DNA of 64,000 nucleotides from Leptogorgia sarmentosa (Eukaryota): NCBI GenBank assembly GCA_964658305.1, contig OZ210884.1, positions 5,022,001 to 5,086,000 of the forward strand, read 5' to 3'. Shown piece by piece: positions 48,501 to 61,545 of this stretch (position 1 is its first letter; each line of letters starts with the position of its first letter). The notes under the pieces were generated by a model. It saw only the letters and a program-made list of their open reading frames with translations, ran no database searches and was not told where the DNA came from. The position numbers and the translations under genes were made by a program.

Positions 48501-51500
48501 ATTTACAATGCTATCAATGCTATTTTCAGAAAAAATCTATTAAAAAAAATTCTGTTAAAAAGAAATTGAACGTTCTTAATGATAACTAAAGGTTTCTGCT
48601 ATAGAAATTTTCATTTGTATTTCCAAATTTAAAAATTATTCCCAAAATTCTAAAAAATTGCTCTAAAGCAGCCTCAAATATAAATTTAAAAAATTACCCT
48701 AGAGCAACCACAAATATAAACTATAAAAATTTTAATCTCGAGCAACTTCAAATATAAATTATAAAAAATTACCCTAGAGCAGCCTCAAATATTTTCTTCC
48801 CGATTTTATCTTGTAATTCATCCACCACATCTCTGGAAGGGTGAACCAAAGTGTAATATGATCGTTAATAAGACCTGCGATTACATCGATAAGACGTGGT
48901 GCAACAAAAAAAAAATAAGGAACTCTTTCATCTCTCCCCGTTACCTCCATATTTCCAGCAAATTTTGGTTTTAAAAATTCTCCATATCACGTGAGTGGTG
49001 CATGACGCCCACTCTATTTCTATCGGATAATTATCGACTAAAACATTTTACAATTACACTTTCTCTTAGTGTATTACCCAATTAATAAAAAATTTGGCTG
49101 TAATACCTTAACTGTTTTGTCACAGCTTGACCTTTCAATGAATCAACGTTGAAATTGTCGGTTTTAGTAGGAAATATGAGGAATGCCACCACTGTCGTGG
49201 AATTATCTGTTGCCTAAAAGGAAAAGAACAAATTGAGCTTCCAATACTGGCGACAGTTTAATTAAACCGTACGTACCTTCAAATAGTAATTCAACCTTGC
49301 TAAAGACTCTATAAAAAGATCCACTCCCTTATTGAAATATTCATATCTACAAAAAACAACAGAATAAAAAACAAGTAAATATTGGTTGGTGTTAAACATT
49401 GTTGGATAGGAAAGAAAGAAATTGTTTTTCTGTCATTTTAGTGCGATAAAGACTTTTGAGAATCTGTTTTGTAATCCAGGAGAGGTTTGTTTTTGCAACT
49501 TTCGGGAACAATCCTTCACGTTCGTGCGACAAAGATCGCGAAAACGACACGCTTACCAAACGACATCATAAGAAAAGCTTTTCGCAAAATAGCATTGCTC
49601 TGATTTAGTTTAATGAGATCACAGAGTAATTACAGTACCTACAGATGTTAATGAATAATTAGTTAGAGCTCTTTCTGACTTAGTTTAGTGAGATGGAATT
49701 CACAAAGAGTTCCTGCGTACGAGAAATACCTAAAACCCTACCTGCCAGCAGAGAAAAAATACAGAGTAGAGTCCAAATCGAAGTTGTGTCTGAAACATCA
49801 AAATGTGTGAGGTGTTAATATTAAACTATTTGTTATTAAGCTATTGTTTTGTGTTTACAGCAAATGGATTGTTTAAATAAGGGGTGTAAAGTTGAGAGGA
49901 TACGGTATCATTAGATACCGTAACAACAAGCCGCTGGAATTGTTATTTAACACTCGGATTGAAGTCATCATTAACAAGACGAAACTTACATAATCAAAAA
50001 AATAGAAATTATGCAAGTTTCGTCTTGTTAATGATGACTTAATAGTTAATTCACTTAAATCCGAGTAATGCTTGCAGGCGAGCGAGACTTGTAGTTGTAA
50101 ACAGTATGTCCTCCAAGACTGTGAATAGAGTCGTTATCGAAAATATGAAGTAGAAATATTTTATTGTTTTGTGTTTACAGCAAATGGATTGTTTAAATAA
50201 GGTGTGTAAAGTTGAGATGATACGGTATCATTAGATACCGTAACAACAAGCCGCTGGAATTGTTATTTAACACTCGGATTGAAGTCATCATTTATAACAA
50301 GAAGAAACTTACGTAATCAAAAAATAGAAATTATGTAAGTTTCGTCTTGTTATCGTTAATGACTTCAATCCGAGTACATTAAAACGGAGTTTTAATGCGA
50401 GTTAATGCTTGCGGGCGAGCGAGATTTGTAAACAGTATGTCCTCCAAGATTGTGAATAGAATCGTTATCGAAAATATGAAGTGGAAATATTTTATTGTTT
50501 TGTGTTTACAGCAAATGGATACGTACAGTATATGTGTTTACAGATACCGTAACAACAAGCTGCTGGAATTGTTATTTAACACTCGGATTGAAGTCATCAT
50601 TAACAAGAAGAAACTTACATAATAAAAAAAAATAGAAATTGAAGACCTACCCGTAAAAATGACCACGCACAAACTTGTGTATCTTATCCTTCGCGATAGC
50701 ATGGAGATTTTGAAATTCGTGCAACGCACTGCAAAACAGAGCAATAAAATCAATAAACCAAAAAGGGAGTTTTAATGCGAGTTAATGCTTGCAGGCGAGC
50801 GAGACTTGTAAACAGTATGTCCTCCAAGATTGTGAATAGAATCGTTATCGAAAATATGAAGTGGAAATATTTTATTGAACGTTCCTTCGACGAACGTTCC
50901 TTGCCGAGCATGCGCACAAAAACACGTCGACTAGTGATACTTACGTGTACTTTACGACATTCAAACCATTTGGTAATATGCACTCTGAAAATAGCGTGAA
51001 ACAAATTATGTCGATAATCATATTTCCCCCCGTCAGCTTCTCATTCAGCTACTTCCTAGCTTATTGGTCAAAGCAGAGCACCGGCATCGCACATGCAGGC
51101 GTAGGAACCGGGGTAACTGTGGGAGAAATTTCGGTTGGAAATTCGACATGCATGCATGCGTACAATGGACTTTTCGGTACCGGTATTTCACATTCGAAAT
51201 CTGATTATCACCTTGACGTTAGTAATACAAAAATATATATGACTGTATTATTTCAAAAATTCGCCTAAAAGGGGGCAAGGTCCATATTCCCAGATGTTCA
51301 TAATTATATACCTGGTCTTCGTTTCACCATATGTTCAGCTTCATCAGCAGTGATTAATGAGACGGTTGTAAACACGTGAGATGCATGCACTGCCGACCTT
51401 TCAAGACAATAACGATGATAAATTCCTCGATCACCTGCTTCCTAAAGAAAAGAAGAGAAAAAAAATGAATTTGCCCGTTTTCCACCGTGCGAACACTGCT

Positions 51501-54500
51501 CATTTCTTTAGTAAAAGTTAACACCCTTTTAAACGACCAAATTTTCTTTGACAACGTTCATTCGTCAAATGCATTTGCTCAAAAAGTAACAAGCCAGCTT
51601 TTATTGGACCCTATACGCATTTCTCAGAAAATAATTGTCGAATATACACAGTAAAAAAATGTTACATGAAAATTTGTCAAAGATAGGGTTCCCAATGCGC
51701 AAAAACGTCACATTTCAAACTGCGATAATAATAAAATCTTACTGAATATTTAACACTGTTCTGGTTTGCTATGGTCGTAAATGAATATAAACTAGGGTAT
51801 ATATCAGGGTATATATACAGCAATCTTTAAGACAATTCTTACCTTGTCTATATTGAACTTTGTGGTTGAAACATCAATGAAAAAAAAGAAAACAGTATAA
51901 ACAGTATAAAAAGTATTTTTTATGGTATGATTGACTAATCACATGATTCCAGTTTTATAATTATTCGGAAGCTAAGAGTGACATTAATCTGACAGGGAGT
52001 GGAACCTGACAATTTTGGAATCTGACGAAGAAGTGATTCGCCTGAGCTATTACAGCAGGCTGACGAAAGCGGATTAAATCCCAACAGCAGTGACATATTT
52101 ACTCTTACAAATCGCTTGCAGCAATGTGTTCATTCAGTGACTTGAAAAAGTGGACCAAGTGAATGACTGAGTCGTTACAGTATATGTAAGATTCTTCAGC
52201 TGCTAAAGACTAAAGGCCTGTTTATATGATCCCGCTTACCCGAGATTTAACGAAGCGTTAAATGATTTTGAGGTATTGAAATGAGTCATTTTATGAAACG
52301 AAACAACCAAAGTTAGGTCACTTCTAGTACTGACCAATAGAAAAGATATATTTATAAAAATATCAATGCCCAACAACATTTTACATGTTCGACATTTCAG
52401 CCATTTGAGCAGAACAAAATCTTAAGCAATCAAGAATTCAACATTTTCTTCAAATCATAAATTATGACTCATTTCAATACCTCAAAATCATTTACCGCCT
52501 CATTGAATCTCGGGTAAGCGGGATGATATAAACAGCCCCTAAAATAGATTTTTCCAGCAATGACGTCATTCGGAAATGAGGCTGACGGTCACATCGCTCG
52601 TTAATTTTACGTAATGAATACAGCCGAGTGCAGATACTCACATTGGCAAGATTATTATAAAAATCAGCATTAGCTGCACAGAGATGTCTTCCCAGTAACG
52701 TGGCATGAGTTGTAAATATTGTTGTAACATCAATACGTCGTGTTCTTAATGCTACTAAACCAACACCTGATAACCACTCGTGGAAATGAGTAACAACCGG
52801 CAGAGGTTCTCGTTTTTTGAACTAAAAACAGGAAATTAAAAATAGACAGTTGTGCTGTTGTGGAACAATAATATAGCGCATTAGTAGGACTCGTTATCCA
52901 ATCCATTCCTCGATAGACAGCAAGTAGAAAATTTAATAACCATTCTCCTGGCAAATTTTATTTTAAAGAATATGTCTTCTGTCTTGCATTTTTGAATTAT
53001 TTCGTGGGATGTTTGATCTCTCATTCTACTAAAACAATTCATACTCACTCTCAATTGTTATGAGATGGTACTGAAGTTGATTTGGGCTTCTTTCTCATTA
53101 ACTATCATCTCACAGAAATCTTGAGCTCATAATCTTTAATTTTACTAAATAGACTAAACTGTGGTTGGACCAATATAACCTTGTGGTAAAGAATGACACT
53201 AACCTCAGTAATGAACCAACATACAAGATATCCAAATATAACTGAATCATTGGCTTCAATGTCAAGATGTGGTACACCAATATTTACATTATCCCACAGT
53301 TCCTGTTTCCAAGTATCCATGTATTTAGCACCAGATCCAATATCCAACAACAAGACCTGTGAAAGAAAATTAACAATTGCACTGGACTATGGACTACCAA
53401 GCTATGGTTAACTACAGCAAGTATAATTAATGATCCTGACTAAATGCAACTGTAACTTGAGCACTCTGTTGATGATCAGCCTCGTACCCAGGCACTTCTT
53501 AGTTTAGAGAGATTAGCAAGAATCCAGATAAATATATAGGGAGGAAGTCCGTCCCTGGTCTGTCGCTTCACAAATGAAGCGTTGCTTCACAAGTCCGTCG
53601 CACCTGCCCATCAACCCTTGCGCGCTCGCGCCCGATCTCTATATATTTATCTGGATTCTTGCTAATCTCTCTAAGCTAAGAAGCGCCTGGGTACGAGGCT
53701 GGTTGATGATGGTTGGATCGGGACAAACAGTAGACAAACTTACTTGTGGATAGCCATCAATGAGCCATCTGCCAAAAACCACCTTATAAATATAAAGTCA
53801 AAACAAACCTAAATTTTTTATAGTGCTAGAAGGATGTGCACAACTATCCCTGCTGACCACAACTAGCTACTGGTAATCCATCTTGCTGTGTTTGATCACT
53901 TTTATCTAGTTAATTTTATTTCCCTTTATAAACTTCTTGAAACTTTGTAATGATGTTTTTTAAATACAATTATATATGGCTCCAACACATAGTTTAGAAA
54001 CAAAGTAAATTATTTTCATGAAGAATTTAGTTGTTTTTATTGAGAGATGGATCTCTACTTGACAACAGTTTCCAATACTTTTGCCATTAACTGCCATTCA
54101 CAGAGTTAAAAAGTTACCTTAATTTCATCTTTTTCTAATTCAGCAATTGCTTCTTTAATAGCATTATTAGGTGGTTCACACACTTCAACTTCCATATTCA
54201 CATTATGTTCTTTATAAGGTCCAATCAAGCAATATTGATTCTTTAATTCCTCCACAGTGACTGGAGCTTTTGATCGAATCACAGTATAAATTCCACCAAC
54301 TATAAAATACATGTAATCATAGATTAGCTTTCCTGTAACAAGTCAATGCACATGTCAATAAAACCTTCACTGAACCCATAAATCATTTGCACCCAAGAAC
54401 CAAATGTAGCCTGGAGAATCTGACCAAATTAAATTGCTAACATTATCAATCATTTTCAGACAGATTGATTTGTACATGAACTTCAAGTCTACATAGCTGT

Positions 54501-55343
54501 CTGATATTTACTCAGAAGGCCATTCTATTTATCATACACATCCCCTACATGAGGGAAATCAAAATTTGAACTCCAAAAATGGTCAAATTACCCACACAAA
54601 GATCCCTTCAGAAATGAACAAATGTGTTCAAACTGAAAGCTTGGCATAACTCTATAGTCGCTGTGTGAGTTTGTTAGTCTGAGTGGAATCTACTTCCAAG
54701 CAACATTGACAAAATAAAGGACACTACATTGTTTGATTACTGTGCTGCTTGAAATCTAGTAAGCCCATCACAAATTAGAGAGTCGCCACTTTAAAACATG
54801 CTCCAAGGGAGCAGGAGGTATAGATCTTTAAACAGGACAGTATTTAGTAGCTTGGTTGCTAAATCTGGAAAAGAACATGTTGAGCCTCCAATACAAAATT
54901 GAAAGTTGCATTTGCAACATTGAAAACAGGAAGTGTTCAAACCAGAAAGTGATCATTTTAAGCATTGGCCCTCACGGTCCAGTTTAATAAAATCTTTCCC
55001 AGATATCATATATATTTGCAAGATGGTGATTTTTGAAACATTATTTTGTTGCACGACAGCCTAATTACACCATTCCTTGCAATCAACCAAGTTTTGAGCT
55101 AGTTTATAATACATAATATCAAATTTTGAGATAGTTACATGAGGTGATTTTATAGAATTATGTATTGATTGTTCACAATTATTATACATGTTACAGTACA
55201 CTGTCAATACACCATGATAATATATTTGCACGTCACCAAACCTTCTACTCTGTACCTTTATTTGCGACTTCCCAAGCAATTTCAAAAGTAAAATACCCAA
55301 CATTAGTCGCTGTGTGATCATGATTGTGGGAGTTGGTAGCCAT
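45508..55343 (-). CDS. GYS: Glycogen synthase, about 20 exons
   Basis: Exons encode [17 protein letters not shown] (55343-55256, about 54299-54118), [17 protein letters not shown]...[15 protein letters not shown] (51857-51843), [48 protein letters not shown]...[25 protein letters not shown], and last exon 45612-45508 with the phospho-site region [15 protein letters not shown]. An extra upstream coding exon is not excluded. Confidence 0.97.
48655..48795. repeat. About 38-bp tandem repeat (roughly 4 copies) built from a GYS exon 3' end and its splice donor
   Basis: Units like AAAAATTACCCTAGAGCAGCCTCAAATAT. The real donor is at 48772 and a duplicate donor is at 48697. Confidence 0.75.
49844..50877. 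repeat. Triplicated 320-380 bp segment spanning a GYS exon
   Basis: Block B (TTGTTTTGTGTTTACAGCAAATGGAT...AGAAATT) starts at about 49844, 50164 and 50494. Block A (TAATGCTTGCAGGCGAGCGAGA...AAATATTTTATTG) starts at about 50066, 50403 and 50783. Confidence 0.85.
52214..52539. mobile_element. PIF/Harbinger-type MITE in a GYS intron
   Basis: Imperfect TIRs of about 75 bp (CTGTTTATATGATCCCGCTTACCCGAGA...), with TAA on both sides. Confidence 0.8.
53477..53701. mobile_element. Mutator-like MITE in a GYS intron
   Basis: TIRs of about 60 bp (CAGCCTCGTACCCAGGC... / ...GCCTGGGTACGAGGCTG) and a perfect 9-bp TSD GTTGATGAT (53468-53476, 53702-53710). Confidence 0.88.
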
Positions 55344-56412
55344 TTCTTCTCAAAAATAGTATTTTCAAATAATTTCAAACAATCTTTGTACAAAACATCA
55401 TTTCTTCGTGGCACTGATCAAGCAATGTAGAAATACGCAGGCAAAATACCCAGAAAATGGAAGGCATGTAGGTAATTGTTGGACAAAGAAGACATGTCAG
55501 CACTCAGCAGCCTCGTTTCCTCCGAGCGGAAAGAAGATTAAGAGCCAGGTGGAACCCAGGGACCGAGGTTGGTAAGCAGCCTCGTGTCCCACGCAGTCGC
55601 TGGTCCCATTCCCACGCCACACGCGACCGCGATTGTCACTACTTCAGTGTGCTATTTCAGTGCTATTTCTCCCGTATACGTATACATTTTCCAAAAAGTG
55701 TATTGAGAGAATTCAAAAGCCGTTAGGCGATCAGTTTAGGTTTTCAGTGGGATGTGTTGCAAACCAAGCCCCCAACGCGGCCCTAAATCTAGCCTTACTC
55801 CAACTTGGTTCCACCAATTAAATCATGCTTTAACAGCAACGAGGAATGAAAGCGGGACATTCAACCTCATATCTTTGATTAAAAAAAATACTGCAATGAG
55901 GTGTATTCTGATTGCCACCCAACAAATGGCGAGTATTCGGTAACAAAGGGTGAGAAAGGTTGTTTATAAAACGTTGCTTTCCGAAGTCAAGCGCTAGTGC
56001 CGTATGTTCGGACCGTTTCCTGATGAGCCCATGCGAAAACGTTGTAGGTTGATAATCTTCGCATGTAATGAAAATTACTTAATACCATCTTAATATAATT
56101 GTTCTAATTAATTCGATCACTTCCACGCAGTTTGTTGATTTAAAGATATCAATTTTTATGGCTTCACAATTTAATTTTATTTCATTTTCAACTGTATTTT
56201 TGTTTTGAGATAAATTCCCATTTCTTTCATTTACATCAGAAAATTTGTGACGTGCATCATTATATTATATGTAATGTGTTATTATATTACATGTTCATGC
56301 ATAATATGAATACTTACAACGAAAATATGCTATTTTCTTTTTCTTATAATTTCATCGATTTCTACAATAAAGTAGGCAAAGTTAGAATATCCTAGCTATT
56401 AAAAGTTCTCAG

Positions 56413-56864
56413 TCGGCGTCTATATTGGAACTGTGAGATATGTTAACAATATAACAAAAACAAAGTCAACGGAGAAATGCAGGACGGTGGGGAGGGGGAC
56501 ATCTCCAAATCTCCCGCCGGTAAATTAAAATAAATATATTTGTGTTTGTAAAATAGCTATAATATTGATATAGGGACAGTTTTTGAAATCAATTCGGTCT
56601 GGAAATGCTGCCAATATGTCGCTATCGGATGATTCCATAATTTATTGAAAGATATTCCCGATGATTATAATGCCTATATTGTTTCAGTGTTGTGTCCACG
56701 ATGGAACTGCATGTCCTCGTTGTAACACAATAAAACGTTTTGTTTCTTTTACAATTACAACTAATTTTTGGATTGCTTTTGGCCATAAAGATGAAGGAAA
56801 TTGTGTTTCTTGGTTTGAAATTTTGACATGGAAAAAAACCTGGTGTCCTGCAGACTCCTGCTAA
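56413..56864 (+). CDS. Tentative small Cys-rich protein (two 3' exons; N-terminus unresolved)
   Basis: Exon 56413-56519 (GVYIGTVRY...EKCRTVGRGTSPNLPP, donor GTAAAT) joins in phase 0 to exon 56688-56864 (CCVHDGTACPRC...WKKTWCPADSC*). No homology was recognised. Confidence 0.35.
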
Positions 56865-57347
56865 CAAAACCTGCTAATTATACATATTGTTAAGAACCAT
56901 TAATTAATATTAATAAGGCATTTCCACTAATTGGAAAGGATTACAGACAATATATAAGTTATATATTGTGTTGAACTCCAACGCCTTTTCAAGGACGGAC
57001 ATTTATTTTTGAAAAATTCACATCATTTCAGTCTGGTAAGTGCTCCGTATTTTTTACTAGATGCCCTGTAATGTCGTGCGCAATAATTGATGTACACATT
57101 TTTGCAATTTAGCAAGTTGACGCGATGCAATTTCTATTGGATTTCTTTCGTGAATGTAACGCAAATATATCCCAATATGATTTGGACCAACAGTAAAATA
57201 TACTGACAAAAAAGATATTAAAATTTAGACCATTGTAAGTTTACTGAACTAATGGTTTACAACCTTTGTCGAAGGTGTAAGATGGCTGCGCATGGAGCAA
57301 GTTGACTGATGCTCAAGCCTCAAAATGTATCTAAAATCTAATTTTGA

Positions 57348-57940
57348 ACCCCGTTTACACAGTACTGCGGATTCACATGTTTTGAGAGTTTAAGATCTGC
57401 GACGCAGCCGCTTCAACGGACGCCTTTCCGAAACAGAGAAATTTGCCAAGAAACACAAAAAATAATGAATCATCTCTGATCCCATGAAGGAGTATTCTCC
57501 GCGGCTTTGTCGTTCTCAATTGCAACGTCAAACTGCGATTATCACGTCTTTCGAGCACGATGAACGCTGATTGCAGCCTGAGAGCTGCATGTTACTTGCA
57601 AGTTGAAGTCGACATAACAGCAAAGGTTATTTGAACGTGTTTCAAACATCTATATATATATATATGTTATATCATAGCGGCATAAAATTTCCCGGCGCTA
57701 ATTTTTGGGCTAAAATTTGACCGTGTCGGTTGAGGTGGCCGCGCGTTGTGATACTCTTAATAAGCTCTCAATTAATAATCACGACACCAAGTTCTGTCAG
57801 TTTCAAGTCATCTTTACACTACAACTTTTTTATTATTAGTTGTTGTTAAATTCTGTGATATTATCATAGCTTTAAGAGCCATACTCGTCTTGAAACTATT
57901 CAATTTGATATCGTGAGCATGTGGACCGTGTAAACGGGGT
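57348..57940. mobile_element. Putative MITE
   Basis: 16-bp inverted ends ACCCCGTTTACACAGT / ACCGTGTAAACGGGGT with 1 mismatch. No clear TSD. Confidence 0.5.
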
Positions 57941-58184
57941 CCGGATTATAATTAATGAGGAATTTATCGCGGCTTATACGGATTTTAATTTACGCGAGTT
58001 TTGTCAAACTATAATACTGTTTCAAGTAAAGAACATCAACGTTGTTATGACGCTTCGTATTTCGAAGCAATTATTCAAAACCCATCAGGCGACAGACAGG
58101 TGAAAATTTAGATAAAAAGTTGCAATTATAGCTGCATCTTTTTTTTTATCCATATAATAATGGTTTAGAAATGGCTTTACCTAA

Positions 58185-58845
58185 GGTGGCTCCCTACAGT
58201 TTTAACGCGATCTATATAAATCAGACGGGCATGGAAAATTCGAGACTACTCAGCCGCATTTTGAAAATGGTTTCTTGTTTGTTTGGACAATCGTTAATTT
58301 TCGCGATGATTTCTTCTTTCAGCCACGGAACTAAAAAAGATATGGACATGCGCAGACACTGATGTTGTCGAATCGAAATTTTATATTTCCTCATTTTCAA
58401 GCCGTTTCAAATAGCCGTAGTTTCAAAAATTTTCCCTGAATTTTTTTAAATTTTGGTCATCACACTTTGGCCAAGACGTATATTTGATCATATCACAATT
58501 TTAAAATAATCTAAAAGACAGTTTTCACAGAATAGAAAATTGTGAATATCTAAAAACCTGCCTTTACATGCAAGTTATCTTATTTTTTTATATATTGTTC
58601 CACTTAGTATTCCAAATTGACCAAAAAATTTTAAAAACTTTGTCCGAAGGGAATTAAGAAAAATAATAAGAAAAACTGAAAAATTAGAGCTATATTGAAA
58701 ACCTTCTGTTGCCATGGCAACGAAGATTTTTGTCAACATATTTACTTTTTCGCAATCCCCAATAATTGGGGCTATGTTCCTGATGCCTTACAAAATGAAG
58801 AAATGACGGACTTTAACGCAAACGTAATAACTGTAGGGAGCCACC
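58185..58845. mobile_element. Kolobok-like non-autonomous element
   Basis: 17-bp TIR GGTGGCTCCCTACAGTT / AACTGTAGGGAGCCACC flanked by CTAA and TTAA, with an internal palindrome GTTGCCATGGCAAC. Confidence 0.75.
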
Positions 58846-59028
58846 TTAATCTATTTTCTCGTGTTGAAAACAATTTTTTAATTTTCATCGCAGTGTTAGT
58901 TTGTTAAAATTTCCGCGCCACCGTTAATCATCCTCAATTTATTTCATTTTAGCCAAAGTATTAGAGATCAGTCAGTCAATAAATATCATTCAACAGCATT
59001 CTTCAGTTGGTTTGGTAGAACAAGCAAC

Positions 59029-61393
59029 ATGGTTGATTCCTACCGCGTAATCATGCAATACACACTTTTGATAACTGTCCAAATTCAAGCAAGTAAAAGT
59101 TTAGATTTTTGCTTCAATTCGAATCATGAAGGTAGGTAGCAAGAAAATTTCAATAGTTTTTTTCATGAGATACGGACGCACAGTGGCGCCTATTACGACC
59201 CAAGCAGAGAGGCATGGCATGCTCAAGTGCACGCGATTCACAATATTGTCGTGCACTTTTGATGTTAATTGGGGAAACTTGCATTTGAAGAACATATGCA
59301 TTTGATTAAGATAATAAGATGCATTTTAGTTTGAAAGTAATATGAACATTTTTTTCATTTTGTAAAAGCTGTAACCTTCAAAGAAGTGTTGATAAACTAT
59401 GCTTTCACGGCTTGAAATTTTAGCGTGCCTTTACATGATATCGGTTATATTCTTCTTTGATCTGTATGTTATGTTAATCTGGTCGAGATTTGAAAGCTAA
59501 GCTCCAATCCTTACTTTATTTCTCTGAGTTCGCTCTCACTGAAATTGTGCTTGTACATAATACTATAGCGATTGGCATACTCCACAGTTTTTTTTCTCAT
59601 AATGCCACATTATGGACGGCTTCTCAGACGCCTGGAATAGTTTTAAAAGAATATATTCACGGAAAGTGTCAAAATGTTTTTCGGGGTTCCTTCCCCGCCA
59701 AAATGATAAGAGTTATGGCTTCCTTCTCGCACACGCTCCTGAATATACAAACCAATTTTTGCTAGGTTACAGGCTTAATACAACATTTTGGATGACGAAG
59801 AATGTTTCCAGTAAAGTGGAATGCGTGATTCAATGTGTGAATGAGCCATGCTGTCGATCAATTAACTACAAAAAGAACTCACACAATGAAGCAAATTGTG
59901 AAATGTTAAGTGACGTAGTATATGATACATCGGACTCGGAGAAAGTTTTGGTGAAGAACTGCTCCTATGATTATGTTTATTTAACTAATCCACAGAAGGT
60001 ATGTTATTCATGTTTAGAGTGCTTCAATTGGACTCATCATTTAATACCATCCAATAAAAGGAGTCAGTCAAGCCCTCTGGCACCAATAACGTTCTCTTTG
60101 CGACCATGCAAGAAGTGGTTAAAATTATGAATCAGTTTAATCCGTCCAAGATTTGAAATCCTGTCCTGTAATTATGTAATTATGTAATTTTACGAAATTT
60201 TTATTGTCAAGTTGAAGCAATAAAGGTCAATTCGATCAGACACGCACGTAAAAAATACATTTTAAATAATAAATTCCTGTGTACAATAAATTCGTGTGTT
60301 CGGTTTTTGTGGTTTCAATATGCACAATAATTTACTTAACAAAAACAACTGTTTGTTCTTCTTTTAGAATTACAGTGCGGCAGCATGTCTTTCAAAAGGT
60401 ACAGTATATACGAAAAATATTCTGTTGCATGGAATCAGTAGAATGATGGACAGACTGATTTGTTTTAGCGTTTGCATTTTTTCACTCCTATTTATGACCT
60501 GTATTACTGTATTTTAGGCAAAAGTTGTTTGGAAATTAAAGAAAAAGGTTTAAGTCGGGGAGATGGAATGTATTTCATAGACCCGGATGGAGAAGGTGAA
60601 GGCGAACCATTCGAAGTAAAATGTGACATGACGTCATTCGGTGGTGGGTGGACAATGTGTTACACAACAAATAGTCATGTTGATATCAGGACTGAACTCA
60701 CAACAACCGCTGAACATGGCTATCGGGCGGACTGTAATAACATACCGGTACGTTCAACACCTAGCTCGGCTGACAAACATATCAAACTCAAAGTGAGACG
60801 TTTCGTTAGCGAGAAAAGAGAGCGAAGTTTGTTATTGCATACCTGGTACTAGTTGAAAAAAAACTTATCTGTTTGTCATAGAATAAAAGGCCTATAAAAA
60901 GTCGGTTATTTTGCACTATTATGCTGAGCAGGCCAGCAGTTTTGCAATTGATCTGTGACCATTTCTCCAAAGAACACCTGATCGATTTGACGCGATTCTC
61001 TAATTAAAAACGTGTTTCTTTTAGTTTACAGGGGTATTGTTTGTGGATGAAATATCCAAGCAAAAAGCAGCTTTTACCAACAATGGCGAAGCTGTTACGT
61101 TTTTTGGTAACTACGATAAGACGGCGGATGCATACGGATTTTGGGCAGCACAGGGTGTTGCGTCGACAGCGTACCAATATCAAATGTTAATCTGCGACGC
61201 TAGTTTCTTTAAAGGTCTTCATTTCTCTGCGTATACCAACTGCTACAAAAAATGTAATCATTGGTGTGCTGACACATCCTCTCCATACTTCCGTACCTCT
61301 GCAGTCTCAAGCGACCAATTTAGCGGTGTTGCTTTCAACGAAAATGGTCATCAGCCGAGGGCAAGAAGACTTATCACTGCCGGAATTCGTTAA
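59029..61393 (+). CDS. Probably secreted protein: PAN/Apple domain, fibrinogen-related N-terminal subdomain and a Cys/aromatic-rich C-terminal domain
   Basis: Exons 59029-59092 (tentative), about 59628-59998 (ECVIQCVNEPCCRSINY...CEML), 60368-60398, 60518-60747 (KSCLEIK...GDGMYFIDPDG...PFEVKCDMTSFGGGWT) and 61025-61393. The last four join in phase; the 5' junction is uncertain. Confidence 0.8.
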
Positions 61394-61545
61394 CTTATCT
61401 TGCTGATTTGACACTGTTTCGAATTGCTTTATATCTTTTATTTTCCTTTATGAAACTTGTTGAAACTTATTTAGTAAGAAAAATCGTGATAACACTCACA
61501 AAACAATAGCTACAACGAGCGATTCGACGTTTCGAGCTTTCCACT

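Noticed and set aside
50395..51004. Duplicated ORFs beginning MRVNAC
   Set aside because: They derive from the intronic triplicated block and have no recognisable protein features.
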